DNA of 64,000 nucleotides from Leptogorgia sarmentosa (Eukaryota): NCBI GenBank assembly GCA_964658305.1, contig OZ210884.1, positions 4,278,001 to 4,342,000 of the forward strand, read 5' to 3'. Shown piece by piece: positions 50,876 to 64,000 of this stretch (position 1 is its first letter; each line of letters starts with the position of its first letter). The notes under the pieces were generated by a model. It saw only the letters and a program-made list of their open reading frames with translations, ran no database searches and was not told where the DNA came from. The position numbers and the translations under genes were made by a program.

Positions 50876-53800
50876 GAAGTAGTGTATAATATGCTAGGAC
50901 AATAAGGCCAAGATATATTTATTATTTAACTTAAAAGTAGTTTTTAATTTCAATAATATATCGCGAATAAATGGTTGTCACGAATCATGTGCCATGCAGC
51001 TGATATACATGTACACAAATGTTCGGACAGGATGTAGCTTTGATTGGTTTAATAAACTATATACGATGTTATATACTACTATACATACCGTTTACTATAC
51101 CAATGTAGCTATGATTGAAAGACAACTGAAGGCAACAGTATAAATAGTGAATTAAGATTGAATTTTACACAGCGCTGCATGGGACGTATTGCTATATTTA
51201 CACGCCAGTTGCCCAGAGCAACTATATATAAATTAACGACAACAGGTCTGTCGATTCATATGAAATAAACAAAGCATGTAGCGTGAGATAAATGAAAACA
51301 TACAGCTGTTGGCTACACGCTAGTGGCAAATTGCAAAGTTATGGCAAACTCCTTTTATCACGAACAATATTAATTTCGTCATGATTGCACGTACTGTTCG
51401 CGAAACTAGGCTTGTCGTGTTATTTGCTTGCGTGCCACATTATTTTGTTAACACGTAGTCATGGATGGCTGATGAAAAATTGCAACCTGCCGACGCAAAT
51501 GATCTATTTAATTAACGATTTATAACCGCTTCCTAATTTGAATTTCATAAAAACTTGGAAGAAATGAAGAAAATACAATCGGGCCGTAATTAATGGTGTC
51601 TGTATGTTTGGAAAGTGAGAACAAAAATGCAGGAAAATTGAAATTTTCGTGAACATGGACGTGGTTCACAATTGCGTGATCATCATCGCTGTTTTAAAGA
51701 AGGCCCATGCTCTTGGATATAATTAATTATTCAATAAACGCTTTGTATTTACAAGTGACATTGATCAAACATTGCCTACTGTGTGAGAATGAAGAAGAAA
51801 GTGGTTAATATAGCCTGTTGTTTTTAAATGTTTGCCTTTCCAGGCCGTTAGATAATGAATTTCAGTCACTGACATACAGAAAAAAAACGACCTGGGGTCG
51901 GTTGTTCGTAGCCCGTTTAGCTTAAACGTAGCGATCGAGTTGTAGGGTTAATTTACATTGTAAAATTCGAGTTTTAAGCGCATTGTTAAGTTGCATGCAA
52001 GCAAAAGTTGTACAGTGTAAAACGGCCTGTAACAAGTGTCATGGCATAACGAATATTGGGTTGCGGAAGGGATTGTAATTTGTAAATGATCTAAAATTGT
52101 TTTTATTACTTTTTTGTTGTTGAATTATGACTGATTCTTTCCCAATATTTTGACAAATAAATATGCACAAGAATATTATTGTTGATGCGAGGTTCGGAAC
52201 GCAAGAATTGAATCAAGCATTCAAGCAAATAGCCGAAGCTAAGAAATTTGATCGATAAACAACATTTATAATGATTGTGCTTGATCTCTCACTGCTTCAT
52301 GCTGTTTCGAAGTAGTGAACGTGCTGTGACACGCATCATACTACTTAATTATTAAAGTCTTTTGCATCGAAATTAAAATCCATTTACAAAAAGTGTCATA
52401 GTGGTTTTAAACTAAACTTCCGTGACGATTTAGATCCTACAGTTAGGGACGTAGGAACATTTTCAAAATTGGTGGGGGGGGGGGGTAGAATCCCTCGAAA
52501 TTTTGAACATTTAGCGTCTCTAGAATAAGATCGCCGGGAATGACCATTTCGGAGTCCAAACTTAGTAATCTTACATAAAGTAGCTCCTGGGGCCAGTTGT
52601 TCAAAGCTAACGCTAACCCAAGGGTAACATTTAACCCAGTTTTGGTTTGTGTATTTCTGCACACCTGTTCACTTCGAAACTCTTATTGAAAAAAAACTCT
52701 TATCGACCCAAACAAGATTTCTGAAGAGATATTTCTTAATTCATAAACTAAATGTTCAGAAATTCGCTTTAAATTTTTAATTAAGAACCCAGGGTTGAAT
52801 GTCGATCCCAGAGATGCAGATCCGCGTTCGAAGCAAGGAAGCCTGGAGACCTAATATCCCGTGATGCTTAGGCACGCTGTTTTTCTCGCTCTCGCATCAG
52901 TTTCGTGTGTCAATGTGAAGATTATTTTGATTTAAAAATCGTGAAAATTTTGTCAAGACCGTCCACAAACGGACCAATCGTTGCTGAGAAGGTGAGTAGA
53001 TGTCGATGTTTTTGTTCAGCATGGATAAGGATACGAAATTGAGTCCTAGCGCGTTTAAATCGCTGCATTTCAGTTGCATTCTGTCCGAATTCTAATGTCT
53101 ATTTGCTGGCCACATCTTCATAACTTTACTGAGTTTGTTTTAATACTTTTAATTGTTGTGATAACGGGAATTTATGTGCTCGATTTTGGTTCGGGCCTTC
53201 AACGGGCATTATGCTTTAGTTTGAGCTACCAGTGCCAGTGGAATTTTAAAATTGAAAAATATATCTCCACTTAGACTTACAAAAATTAATATATGATTAT
53301 GATATGGTGCACTGTATATTGTTTAGAAAATCCTGCTAACTTAGAAACATAAATTACCATCACTGTGCGTTTCTTTAAGTTTGAAATCTTAATGTTGAGG
53401 TAGTTAATGAGTGTATAAAACTAATCCACACATTGAAGTTGTGGATATAATGATTGCCACCTCAATTACCACAAGATTGATACAGAGGGTAGATAGTGGT
53501 CCACTGCAATTGCACTCTTGCAAGACTACAGTGTTGAGAATTGTGAGATCTAGGGTGCACAAATAGACAATAGTGCTGTACGTACATTGCAAATTTAATT
53601 GCAAGTCTACCATACTGTTCAAAAACAGATCCAAAATGGTAGATCAGTGGTTGCCGAATGCCGAACAGTGCCTCCAAAAAAGTTAGGGGGGCCAATTCAT
53701 ATCTTTCTTGCATTCATTCTGCCCAGCTCTTAACTCCTCACCTACCCTCTTGCAGTTATTCATTGTGCTCAAGTCTAGTGGACATAATTAATAAATACAC

Positions 53801-55417
53801 ACTGTACTCTCAGTGTGAATGTCCTCCCCACCTCCCCCCCTCCCTCTTTAACAGGAGGAAGGGTGGAGGGGGAGGACATTCTCAGTCACAGTTTCAAATT
53901 ATTTGAGAGTGTTAAACAATGAGACACAGTGAGTACTGAGTAATAATCATAATTGAAACTGTATACAAGAGGAAAATGAACCATTGCACCAACAGATAAA
54001 TGAGCTTTCAAGTAATTTCAATAAATAAGTGAATCAACAAATAATTTTTCCTTTATTTACAGTATCTCTCCTAGAATGGTAGAGATTTGATACTGAAATT
54101 TGGCTATTTAGTGTCCCAACTTGCACTTTTAATAAACAAAACAGCAATGAAAGAGGGGCTAACCCTCTCCCCCCATTTTGACCTGGAATGCTAATAATGA
54201 GGTCTCACCTCTCCCCGACCCCCTGAGCTACCATTGGATGATCCCGGAATGCAATTGCAAAAACGCACAAAACTGAACGCTTAACTGGAATAAACTGCAT
54301 AAACAAGTTTCAAAGCAACTTCATTTTAACTTCTTCATTTCTTTAAAAAATAGGCACTGTGACAGTGCGTAAGGATTTGCGATATTTACAGCCCATAGTA
54401 TTGTAAACTCGCTATGCTGGAATGCGAAATGCTGGCTAAAAAAACATCTGTGAAATTTACGGGAGAAGCAATAATCAAAAGTGGAAGCACCGTAATATAT
54501 ATAAAGTTCCACTTGTCGAGTGTCGACATTTGATCGACCTTCCTTCGCATTTCATAACCTGCAATGGTTTTTTTTCTTTTTAAGTTAATACAACACCCTA
54601 TTTTTAAATAATATACAGCTCAGGAAATAAAACATATTTCATATATACAGTACATCCCAGGAAAAAAAGATATTTCATATGCCGATATATTGTCAAAAGT
54701 AATGGCGCTACCGACATATCACGAGATTTGGAGTAGTCGGAACTGATCGCCATTCTATTGTTACGCACCTACGTACTTACACTACCCGATGACATAAAGG
54801 ATTTTGCTTCTAGTAAATGGTGCTTGATGTTATTTAACACATTCGAGAGCGTTCTAAAAACTTTCGAAATGATGCGCAGCAAAGAAATAGGACGGCAGTT
54901 CACGGCGTTAACGTCTTCTTAATTTATTTTTTCACGACCTGGAAAAAATTATCATAAACAAATTACTATATATAGACATTACATATACGTTATATACATT
55001 ACGTACACAAACAGGTACAGATCAATACCTTCCGGCTTCCAACGTTTCGAAAAAGTTTCGGCGAGAAAAATAAAAACTAACCAAATAATTTTGTTCTGTT
55101 CATACATGCAGAAAAGTTATCTCGCTTACCGGGAAAAGTTTTCGGCAATGCAGAAAGAAAGAAACAATGAAAGTTTTCCGGTTGAGCGATAGTTTTCTCG
55201 CCAACTGGGGTAACTTTTGCTCATATGAACAGGCTCTTACTGTCTGGTTAGCGTCCTCTTTCTCTTCTCACATGCAAGTCTGTTCCAAACAAACATCGGT
55301 GAATCATGCTAGCACATTTGAATGTCTATTTCAAAGTTAATAATAACCTTGACTCTGTTCAGTGGAGCAAATACCCTGAATGCAATTTCTTTGTTTTCAG
55401 TTTCTAAATTTTGGAGA

Positions 55418-58127
55418 ATGATACCATACGAAGTTGTATTTACGGGCGAGAAATCGGACACACCAATGGTGAAGTGTAGTTATTGCAGTAAGCTATTCGA
55501 AACTATTGGACTGCATGAACGGCATCGCTGTCGAAAAAAAGGCAATTGTAATGGTGAATGCCTGTCTTGTAAAAAGCCTTACAACGACCATGAAGTACCA
55601 AAGAATTCCAGCACCCTAGAAACAGGTACGGTGCTAATAAACAATTATTGGATGAGGCTGAGCATGATATCAAGAATTATTCAGACCGAGGTCAATGTTA
55701 TCTGCCGAAGCGAAGCTGAGGCGGATAACATTTACCGAGGTCTGAATAATTCTTGATATCATGCGAAAGCCGAATCCAATAATTGTTTTATTATACATTT
55801 AAAAGAGAGTTCACTTTCATTCAGCGAAGCAAATCTGCTACAGGCCATTGTTTGTTTGTTTGTTTTTTCGCGCGCTTTTAGCTTCAAGCTTTTGACAGCG
55901 CTGGGGCTTGGGCACGAGAGAGTCCAATAATTTTTTTTTTGGATGCAAGTTCGATCCAAAAAAATAATTATTGGACGCTGATGACGTCATCGGCGGAAAA
56001 TACGTAATAAGTACCGAATACTGAGAATTAGCCGTTGCTTTCTGACCAATCAGGAACGAGAATAAATTTTAAATGTATAATAATATATATTATGTGAACG
56101 TTTATTTAGTTCCCCTATTTCAATTCATGTGTCGATTTGATATTATGCTCAAAATTTCGCTGTTCAGGTTTCAATTATCCCAGTTCCATTTATGTCTTTC
56201 GTGCGCTGAATCGCGTTATTTCCTCTGTAGTAGGTGAAAGAAATAGGAATAAAAAATTGCCTAGTGCACAGGACGGACATTTGTTTTCTAACTTGCATTT
56301 TATCGTCATGCTGTAGATGAAACAATTAAGGAGGAAACGGAAAGAAGTATCGAAGGCAAGACCAATGTAACACCTGACGTGCGAAATACGAACTCAAAGA
56401 CCTACCGTTGCTGCATTTGCAACAAAGACTATGCAAACATGCCGTACATAATACGTCATATCAAGTATCATATGGGCAAGAAAACCGATGTACCGCAGCC
56501 TAAACAGTGTGACTATTGCAATAAACTTTTCACCACAAAACAGCAGCTTTCTAGGCATGTAGCCACACACAAAGATGTACGTGCTTTCAAATGTGAGCAA
56601 TGCGACAAGCTGTTCAAAACTGGTGAAAGCGTAAAGCGTCACATGTATGTTCATAGTGATGCAAGACCATTTTCTTGTTCTATATGTAGCAAGCAATTCA
56701 AAGCAAAACATTTGATGAAAAAGCACGAAGAAACCCATTCGGACGAGAAAAACCACGAATGTCCCAAATGTGGTAAGAAATTCAAGGCCCGGAACAGCTT
56801 ACGAGATCACTTGCTGGTTCATAATGGAACTCGACCGTATAAGTGTGACGAGTGTGATCAAGCATTTTATCGTCGCAGTCATCTTGCAACACATAAAACC
56901 ACTCATAGTGAAGTTAAACCGTTTTCATGCAAATGCTGTGAAAAGAGTTTTGGTCGCCGGGAACATCTCACAGTACACGAACGTATTCACAGCGGTGAAA
57001 AGCCCTTCAAGTGTGATCAATGTGACCGTTCTTTCAACCAACAATCTGGACTTCAAGCTCATCGCATTAGTCACTCTGACGAACGGCCGTACACGTGTTT
57101 AAAATGTAAGAAATGTTTTAAATATCGATCTCAGACCAGACACCATACATGTAGACCTGATGAAATTGGTCCTTGTATGATCGTAGTAAACGAAGTAGCA
57201 AGTCTCAATCCAACGAACCCACGAAAGACCGCAGACGCAACAAGTGGCAATAAAAACAGTGAAGAAGGCCAACTGAAAACTCCTTCGACTGTTGAAACCT
57301 CCACTCTTGGGCCTGAAAATGCTGTTATACTTATTCAAATTGAGAATACTCCTCGTGTTAATGAAACTGCGATGTCAGTCGACGTAGTAACCACGCATGA
57401 AAACAATGTACCGTCACATGATGCTATTGTATCAACTGCGGGCGTTGGCGTAGAAGCAAGAAACGACCATCCAAATGCAGAGAAAGTTTGGGATTTTGCA
57501 TCGGAAAATATCACAGCGATATCCAAGAACATTTCAAAAAGTGCACGCACAGTAACGAATACACGAACCTCACCGAACCCCGAAATAAGTTTTTTCTCGC
57601 CGTTAAACTCTTTGGAAGTATCAGCCGGCGAAAAACATGGAAATACTGTTGTAGAAACGGAAGATAACTTAAGAAATGTAAACTTTTCCCATGTGGCTGT
57701 AACAGAAAGGTGCATTAGTCATGCAAGTTATGTGAATAATACTTTGACGAGCTGTAGTTCAGCGGAAGAAAGCGTTCCAAGTATGCATCAGCAAAATATG
57801 GAATTAGAAACAAGCAATACAGGAATTTCTGACATTGTCCCAGGAACATACGCTCAAGCGTGTATGGGTATATCCCACGGAGTTACCGTTGGAGCACAAG
57901 GCAATAGTCTTACAGAAGAGCGAGAAAATAATGTCTGGCCTCATTCGGACGTTTCACATGTAGTACGCAGTGACTGTTCGATGGACGGAAGTGCAAAACC
58001 AATTTTATCAAACCAGTTCTATCAACCAGGATTGCCTGCTGTTGGAATAGCTCACAATACTGGAAGGAGTTACGGAATGTTCTCAGGTCCGCCTCCTCAC
58101 CTTTGGAACCGAAGTCAGTCGCACTGA
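55418..58127 (+). CDS. C2H2 zinc-finger transcription factor (8 C2H2 + 1 C2HC in tandem, plus an N-terminal C2HC finger; long low-complexity C-tail)
   Basis: Exon 55418-55625 (CSYC...HERHRC) splices in phase 1 to exon 56317-58127, which has linkers such as HSGEKPFKC and HNGTRPYKC. A possible non-coding first exon ends at GAAG|GTGAGT ~52991. Confidence 0.9.
55636..56083. mobile_element. Hairpin-rich interspersed element in the zinc-finger intron
   Basis: Long imperfect hairpin 55640-55786, a second hairpin ~55922-55977, and an inverted pair TTATTATACATTTAAAA / TTTTAAATGTATAATAA. Confidence 0.7.
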
Positions 58128-60467
58128 CTATCACATTTTGAGGCGGAACGGTTTCTGCATTGACGAATGTTATCCGCTCAAATAAGAGACACCAGAATTA
58201 GCCACTTCCGAATCGAGCAGAGGACTGGATCTAGTCGCTTGTTTTGGAGAGACAAAAATAAACAACATGCCGAGTGTGATATTAATTTTAGGAAGTTTTC
58301 CTAAAGTTTTTAGAACGCCGTAAAGTTCTTTTTGCAGCCTGAACTGCAAAAATTATAATTCAGGCATCTTTTAATATATATTTAGCTCGCTCACTGTGAC
58401 CTGCTGTCCACCCAAGCATCGACCCAGTGCTTTGCTCGATTGGAAATGGCTAATTTAAACTTTTCTTCATCAAGGGTTTGTGTTAAATTTAAATTTTGTT
58501 CCAGGTTATTATCGTTTTTTTTTCAATCGATGAGAGGTTAAATATTTGTAATCCACAGTGACAGCAATGCGCGTACCTGATCAGACCAGTTTGTCTATCA
58601 AGTCTGCTTAGCCACACAGCAGTAAGAAACGTGTAATAAGGTGCTTATTTAAACGTGTAAGTATGTTAATTTATGTTTGATATTTACAACAAGTTTTCCG
58701 CACTTAATACAAAAATACACAAAATTCATTGTGTTACTTGTGTTATTCAGTTTGACAAAAGTCAAAAGACTTCATGACTGCGTTTTACACGATATTTTGT
58801 CACCAAACTTCTTAATTTTTCTAAATTTATGATGGCCCTTTCCAGGTGTGCTAAATAATTCCTTATTCAAAACTTGCGAGCTATATTTACGAGTTATACA
58901 AAGGACAAGCGACAAATAGAACATTCCAAACATGTTTATTCACACTTCATGATCACAATGACAGAAACAACAATTAACATTTCCCCGATGTTTTAGATTT
59001 AGTGGTTTGTGTGTAAATTTTAAAACACTTTCGTCGCCATTCTGCCATTAAGGATTTTCTTTATTGAATTTCCGAATATTCTTGTAAATTGTAATCATTA
59101 CGGAAGTGCATGTCGCGACATTGAACTAAATTTGCACGTATTTTATTACTGAATCACCTCGACTTCGGTAAATTATTATTGAATGTTAATAAACACCAAC
59201 AATTATCGCCCTAATGAAAGAGCTATGTAATGCTCTTTAAATTTTACCCCCAGTCGGGTATAGAGCAATTGCCAGACTTAGTGATCTTGCATTCATGGGA
59301 GGATTAGCCCCCCCCCCCCCCCCCCCCGTGGATATGCATCGTCCGTGATTTCCAGCATATGTGGCATTTGAGATATATTAAGCTTCAGCGCTATCCTTGA
59401 TTACCATCTGACAGTTGTTGACATATATTATCTTCCGTTTCACTGATCCCTCCGTAAAGAAATGAAACACATTTTTTCAGTGGACCGATTCCAAGGACTA
59501 ATTTTCAAACAAAACAGTACAATTTATTATAACAGAGTGGAAGGGCATCCTGCATGGATACTAGATCTGCAAAGTTTGGTTGGAAAATTTTGTAAAATGT
59601 AACAAAAGAAAACCCCAACCTGTAAATTTGAAAAGTTTGTGCGGTGTTTTATTTTCTAGTACGCACGCAAAACTCATGCCACTGTCGAGAAAATGGCATC
59701 AGGTCGGCTTTGCGTTATACTAAAATACGGAAAATTTGCAAGCTTTTACTGGCGTATATATGATTCGCATTTTACAGAATTTTTAGAACCAAACCTTGCA
59801 GTCTTACTAACTTTTGAATTCTCATTAACATGCACTGTTGCAATTCATTGTACTATTTCGATTTGTTTTAAATTTAATCTGTTATGCAATCGCGGTAAAT
59901 CAGTGTCGCTATCTATTTTTTTCTGGTTAATTTTTTTATATTTTCGTACGTGCTTCTGCGTAATCTCTGAATTGTTACTCATCCGTATCTGAAACCGGTT
60001 AACAGATATAGTCTTCCGTTTTAGTAATTTCGATTCCGCGAAAAAACCGCTAGCAATTTTTTATGAGCCTGCCCAACGCATGATGCATTATAAAAGCGTG
60101 CCCTAATCACGCTTCGCCATAGTGCGTGCGATTATCAGCGTGTTAAAAATTGCCGATCGAAAATCGAAATCGCATATTTGCACTGTTGTCATCACGAATA
60201 TGAGACTGAACTTATTGAAAATTTACTCCCTCTATACTTGAATTATCAAGAACCCTGGTATAATCAATAATTCCATCGGGCAAAGCTCTGTTATGATCGA
60301 TATCATCGAAATTCGCAAATGATTGCCCTTTTCTTCCGTTATGCATGCACTGTTGTTCACACACAAGGTAAAAATAATATGTGATATAGACCGACAATAG
60401 CACTCAATAGCTGAGACCCTCATCTATGCAAAATTTACGTCTATACACCCAATAAATAATGTAAAGT

Positions 60468-60510
60468 GACATGCCAAAGTTGGATTACCGTTTTTTCGAG
60501 ACACTCTGTA
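60468..60510. mobile_element. Decayed right end of the same Tc1/mariner MITE family as 25242
   Basis: CATGCCAAAGTTGGATTACCGTTTTTTCGAGACACTCTGTA resembles CATGCCAAAGTTCGATTACCTTTTTTTTGAGACACCCTGTA. Confidence 0.7.
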
Positions 60511-61966
60511 TTCAGGGCAGTTATATATAAACTAAAATTATTGTCTCACTGAGTCTTGCACATTATTGTAGGGCACATCACTATGTGGCTATATATGTCT
60601 ATTGTATATCTTAAATGAACACGGAGGCATGAGAATTACTATTCAGCGAACAAACATGGCAGATAGTAAACAGAATATTTTCCATATCTCATGCACTCGC
60701 GAAAATATCCATCACGGATAATTTGCCACCAATAACTTTGACTTTTAAAATGGTGACGTTTGTGTAGTTTCTAAGAGCCGCGAACCATGCAATTTCAATA
60801 TTTGTTCAAAGAAAAAACATGTTTTGACAAAGTAAGATGCACAATCCCCTGTTACACGCAGCTAAATGTGCATGTACGTCAAAAGCATTGCATGCATGCT
60901 TGTATAATTATACACATATAATTATAATTATATATTTAATTCCATAGCGGAAAAAAAACATGCCGAGCTGGAACGGACGAAATGTATTCTCAAGGCCGTC
61001 GGAAGCGGGGGGGCTGGGGGGGCTTGAGCCCCCCCAATAATTTTTACATGTACAAAAAAATAAAAAACAAAACACTCAGACTAGAAAAATGGGAACCTGA
61101 TCTTCAGAATTCTAGAAAATGTACTTCCCAAAACGCTGGAAATCCTATTTTCGGGGGTGCTAGATTTCAAAATTTTCTACGTGGGGCATACCCCCAAGCA
61201 GCGCGATTACCATGACGCTATCAACTGGCCCTAATTCCAGACCGATTCAACTTCCGATGGGATTATGGCCTTTTCGCCCGCTTCACGATCGTAGTAACAA
61301 TTTTAATTGAGGATTCGAGTAGGTTTGGAGTTGGACCGTAAATATATTATATTTTCGGATATAGTAACCACGACTAGCCACCATATAGGTTTAACTGAAC
61401 GGAGTAAAATTAAGTTTCAACTCTTAGCTATATAGTCTATTGGCAAATTGCTCGCGACATCATCTCCTAGCAATATATATGATTGTATTTACAAAAATTC
61501 GTATTTTCCCACACCCATAATTCATTTGCACGAATGAGTAATTGTAAACTTTCCCGCGGATTCAAGCCCAGAATCAAAAACTGCAAAAAATGTACTCACT
61601 TCTCAAAGATACAATAAGCTTCGACGTTTCGAGAATTGCATGCACTAGACAATACCGAGCTGAAATGGCACGACACATTTTTCCCCATGCATATCATTAT
61701 GGTCGATTTGCCTTCATGTCTTGGAGCTGCGTGTTGTAATCATGTTGACATCCAAGCGGAACTTCGACTATTTTTTACACAATAACAAGAACTGGTTTGT
61801 TGAATTAATCTATGCATCGATCAAAACAACACATATGGAAAATACCGTTCAACAATTCTTCACAATTCGGAGCTGAAACGAAATGATTGATGTCTACACA
61901 CAGGATTTAGCTACTTAATGTCAAACATCTGTTATGCTTTGCTGTAAGACAATAAAATGGATTAGC

Positions 61967-61974
61967 TATAAAAA
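61967..61974 (+). promoter_or_regulatory. TATA box of the cysteine-rich peptide gene
   Basis: CTATAAAAAG lies upstream of candidate 5'-UTR exons (donor GTGAGT ~62076; exon ~62272-62347) and the acceptor TTCCAG at 62509. Confidence 0.55.
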
Positions 61975-62514
61975 GCGTGGACATGCTTCGATTTGCTCAA
62001 AATACAGGTCAAGTCGAAAAGAGGAAAGTCGAAGGTAGCCTTTATTCAAACGAAGTCGACACAACTTGGATTTAAGTGAGTAGCTATATATCGCATTTAC
62101 ATATCATTCCATGCACATTTTACACGATCAGTATGTTTGACGTACCACTATTATACTTGCTGGAAATATTCAAGAAGTAAACAAGTCATGCATGTTCACT
62201 CAGATTCAGTTGCATCAGAGGAGACGAATTTTCGTACGTTCTTCAACGTAATCTTTGTTATCTTTGTTACAGTTGTCATAGTCTGACAAGACTTTAAAAA
62301 GGACGAAAGTGCGTTCCAGAAGAATTATTGACTACACTGACAACAAGGTTTGCATGTATAATATACAGAAATATATCATGTCAAAAGGTCCAATTTTTAG
62401 TATGCAGCAACATGTTTTAGGAGAGCAGTCTCCACTCTCCTTGCAGAAGTATAACTTTCATGTTGTTCCAAAAATTTTGCTGCTTTAATGTTTTCCCATC
62501 TTGTTCCAGAAAAG

Positions 62515-62757
62515 ATGGCTTTGGTTGAAAAATCGACAATCATTTTGGTCCTGGCGCTTTTTGTGGTTATGGCTTCCATTCCACCTTCACAAAGTCTATG
62601 CACTGTCGGCGGCTGCTACAGTCGTTGGGCCCATTGTGATCCCGGATGTTATGGCAAATGCCAGAGGCAATGCAATTGCAAATCCGGAGGAGGTTGTCTC
62701 TCGGGGTACAGCTACTGCAGTAATTCCTGGGAGTTCAAATGCGTTTGTAATTGCTAA
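62515..62757 (+). CDS. Secreted 12-cysteine peptide, macin / CSab-defensin-like
   Basis: Signal MALVEKSTIILVLALFVVMASIPPSQS plus a 53-aa mature region LCTVGGCYSRWAHCDPGCYGKCQRQCNCKSGGGCLSGYSYCSNSWEFKCVCNC*. Motifs CxxxWxxC, CxxxC, GxC, SxC and CxC. A splice acceptor lies 5 nt before the ATG and ATTAAA at ~62916. Confidence 0.85.
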   Translation: MALVEKSTIILVLALFVVMASIPPSQSLCTVGGCYSRWAHCDPGCYGKCQRQCNCKSGGGCLSGYSYCSNSWEFKCVCNC

Positions 62758-64000
62758 ATGAACCGGGTTTATTTGGCATAAAATGGTCACCATGCAGAAC
62801 GTCGTATTTTTTATATTTTATATGTAGTATATTAATCAACATATGTCAATGAACAATATACAGATATTTTTTCAGATGTAACTCTAGTTCAGAAGACGAT
62901 TATACATATGATTTCATTAAAAATTTCACATAAAACCACGTCTACTAGTTATTTTTTTAGACAGCGATTTTTTACGCAGGTAAACATTGATAATGACATC
63001 GGCTGCTATTTCCGCACGGTTATTTCCACTCCCGGGTAAAGCAAAACATATAGCGGAATCCAAAGTTATTTCGCCGCCATTTTGGGCCATGGTTTAAGGT
63101 AGCTATTAGACTTACCGGTATAGCAATATTGAAAATTGGGGAAAGATACAAATTAACCTAACATATTCCCATATTTTGAGCAATTTATATATTGTCGGGT
63201 AATATTATTTATGTAATATTATTTTTTACTGTTTAACGTATATGTTCGTTTAAAAATATTGCGAGTCAAAATGCGAGACAAGTATTACATGAGTTATATT
63301 GGACAAACAATGAATGATTTCCCGAAATCTGTCGATAAGTAGAAAGTGTTTGTTTGAATACTTACAAGATCTTACGATGCATAAGGTTTGCAAATATTGC
63401 AGGCAATTAAATTAATTTGCCCTCAGCTAGATATCATTCACTCGTTTTATGATTAAAATATTCAAAGGCAGTGCATTAGACAATAGTAACAAAATGATGA
63501 AATATTTCTTTTCTCGCGAAATTCAGAGGATATTTTGAGGTACCTCTCGGCCATCTTTCGAACAGTTTCAATCGATTTTTTTTGAAAGTTCAGTAATATG
63601 ACTTTCTTTCACGCTGAAATTACTGTTTCTTCTTTTTTTTGAACCACTGTTGTTTTTTAATTTTTCTTTCCTTCCAATGATCATGGACCTATGATAACAA
63701 CGTACGAGATCATCGTTTTAATTAATCGTTTTAAAACAAGCTGAGACAGGAGACCAAGTACTTAGTCATCTTTTGGTACAAAATAAAGCGTTATTGCAAT
63801 ACTGCACTGCGTGTATGATATTCCACGGTCTGTATAATTTCGCAATCATGTCCATTATTTTTCGTCAGGATATTCGAGCAATATTGAATGAGATATTGCA
63901 TAAGAGGATTATCATCCATGGAAAATTTATGGTACCTCGGATTTGGTTATTTCGACTGATGATTATGTCGACAATCCCATCAAAAATCCTGACGGAAGGG

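Noticed and set aside
56394..58134. Antisense and alternate-frame ORFs over the zinc-finger exon (likewise over the TRIM, lectin and peptide exons)
   Set aside because: Shadows of real coding exons with no independent signal.

Overview
AT-rich, intron-containing eukaryotic DNA. It is most likely an anthozoan cnidarian, possibly an octocoral (my inference from gene and repeat style). The ORF track shows only exon fragments, so I assembled gene models by hand from GT-AG sites and reading-frame phase. From left to right: (1) a signal-peptide first exon of a gene running off the left edge; (2) a 4-exon, 113-aa secreted protein made of one WxxW/mucin-CysD domain, absent from the ORF track; (3) a 3 x ~1.1-kb tandem repeat; (4) four paralogous secreted genes (signal peptide + PAN/apple + fibrinogen/intelectin-like domain) in two divergent pairs, with mosaic exons and a hypervariable C-terminal loop; (5) a CRE-like retrotransposon 3' fragment embedded in a palindromic minisatellite; (6) CPSF6 (CFIm68); (7) a TRIM-NHL gene; (8) a C2H2 zinc-finger gene; (9) a secreted 12-Cys macin/CSab-defensin-like peptide. 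Many MITEs and minisatellites lie in the introns. The best candidates for an undescribed system are the lectin-like cluster, the stand-alone CysD protein and the macin-like peptide, which may all belong to mucosal innate immunity. No database searches were run, so all family assignments come from motif recognition.
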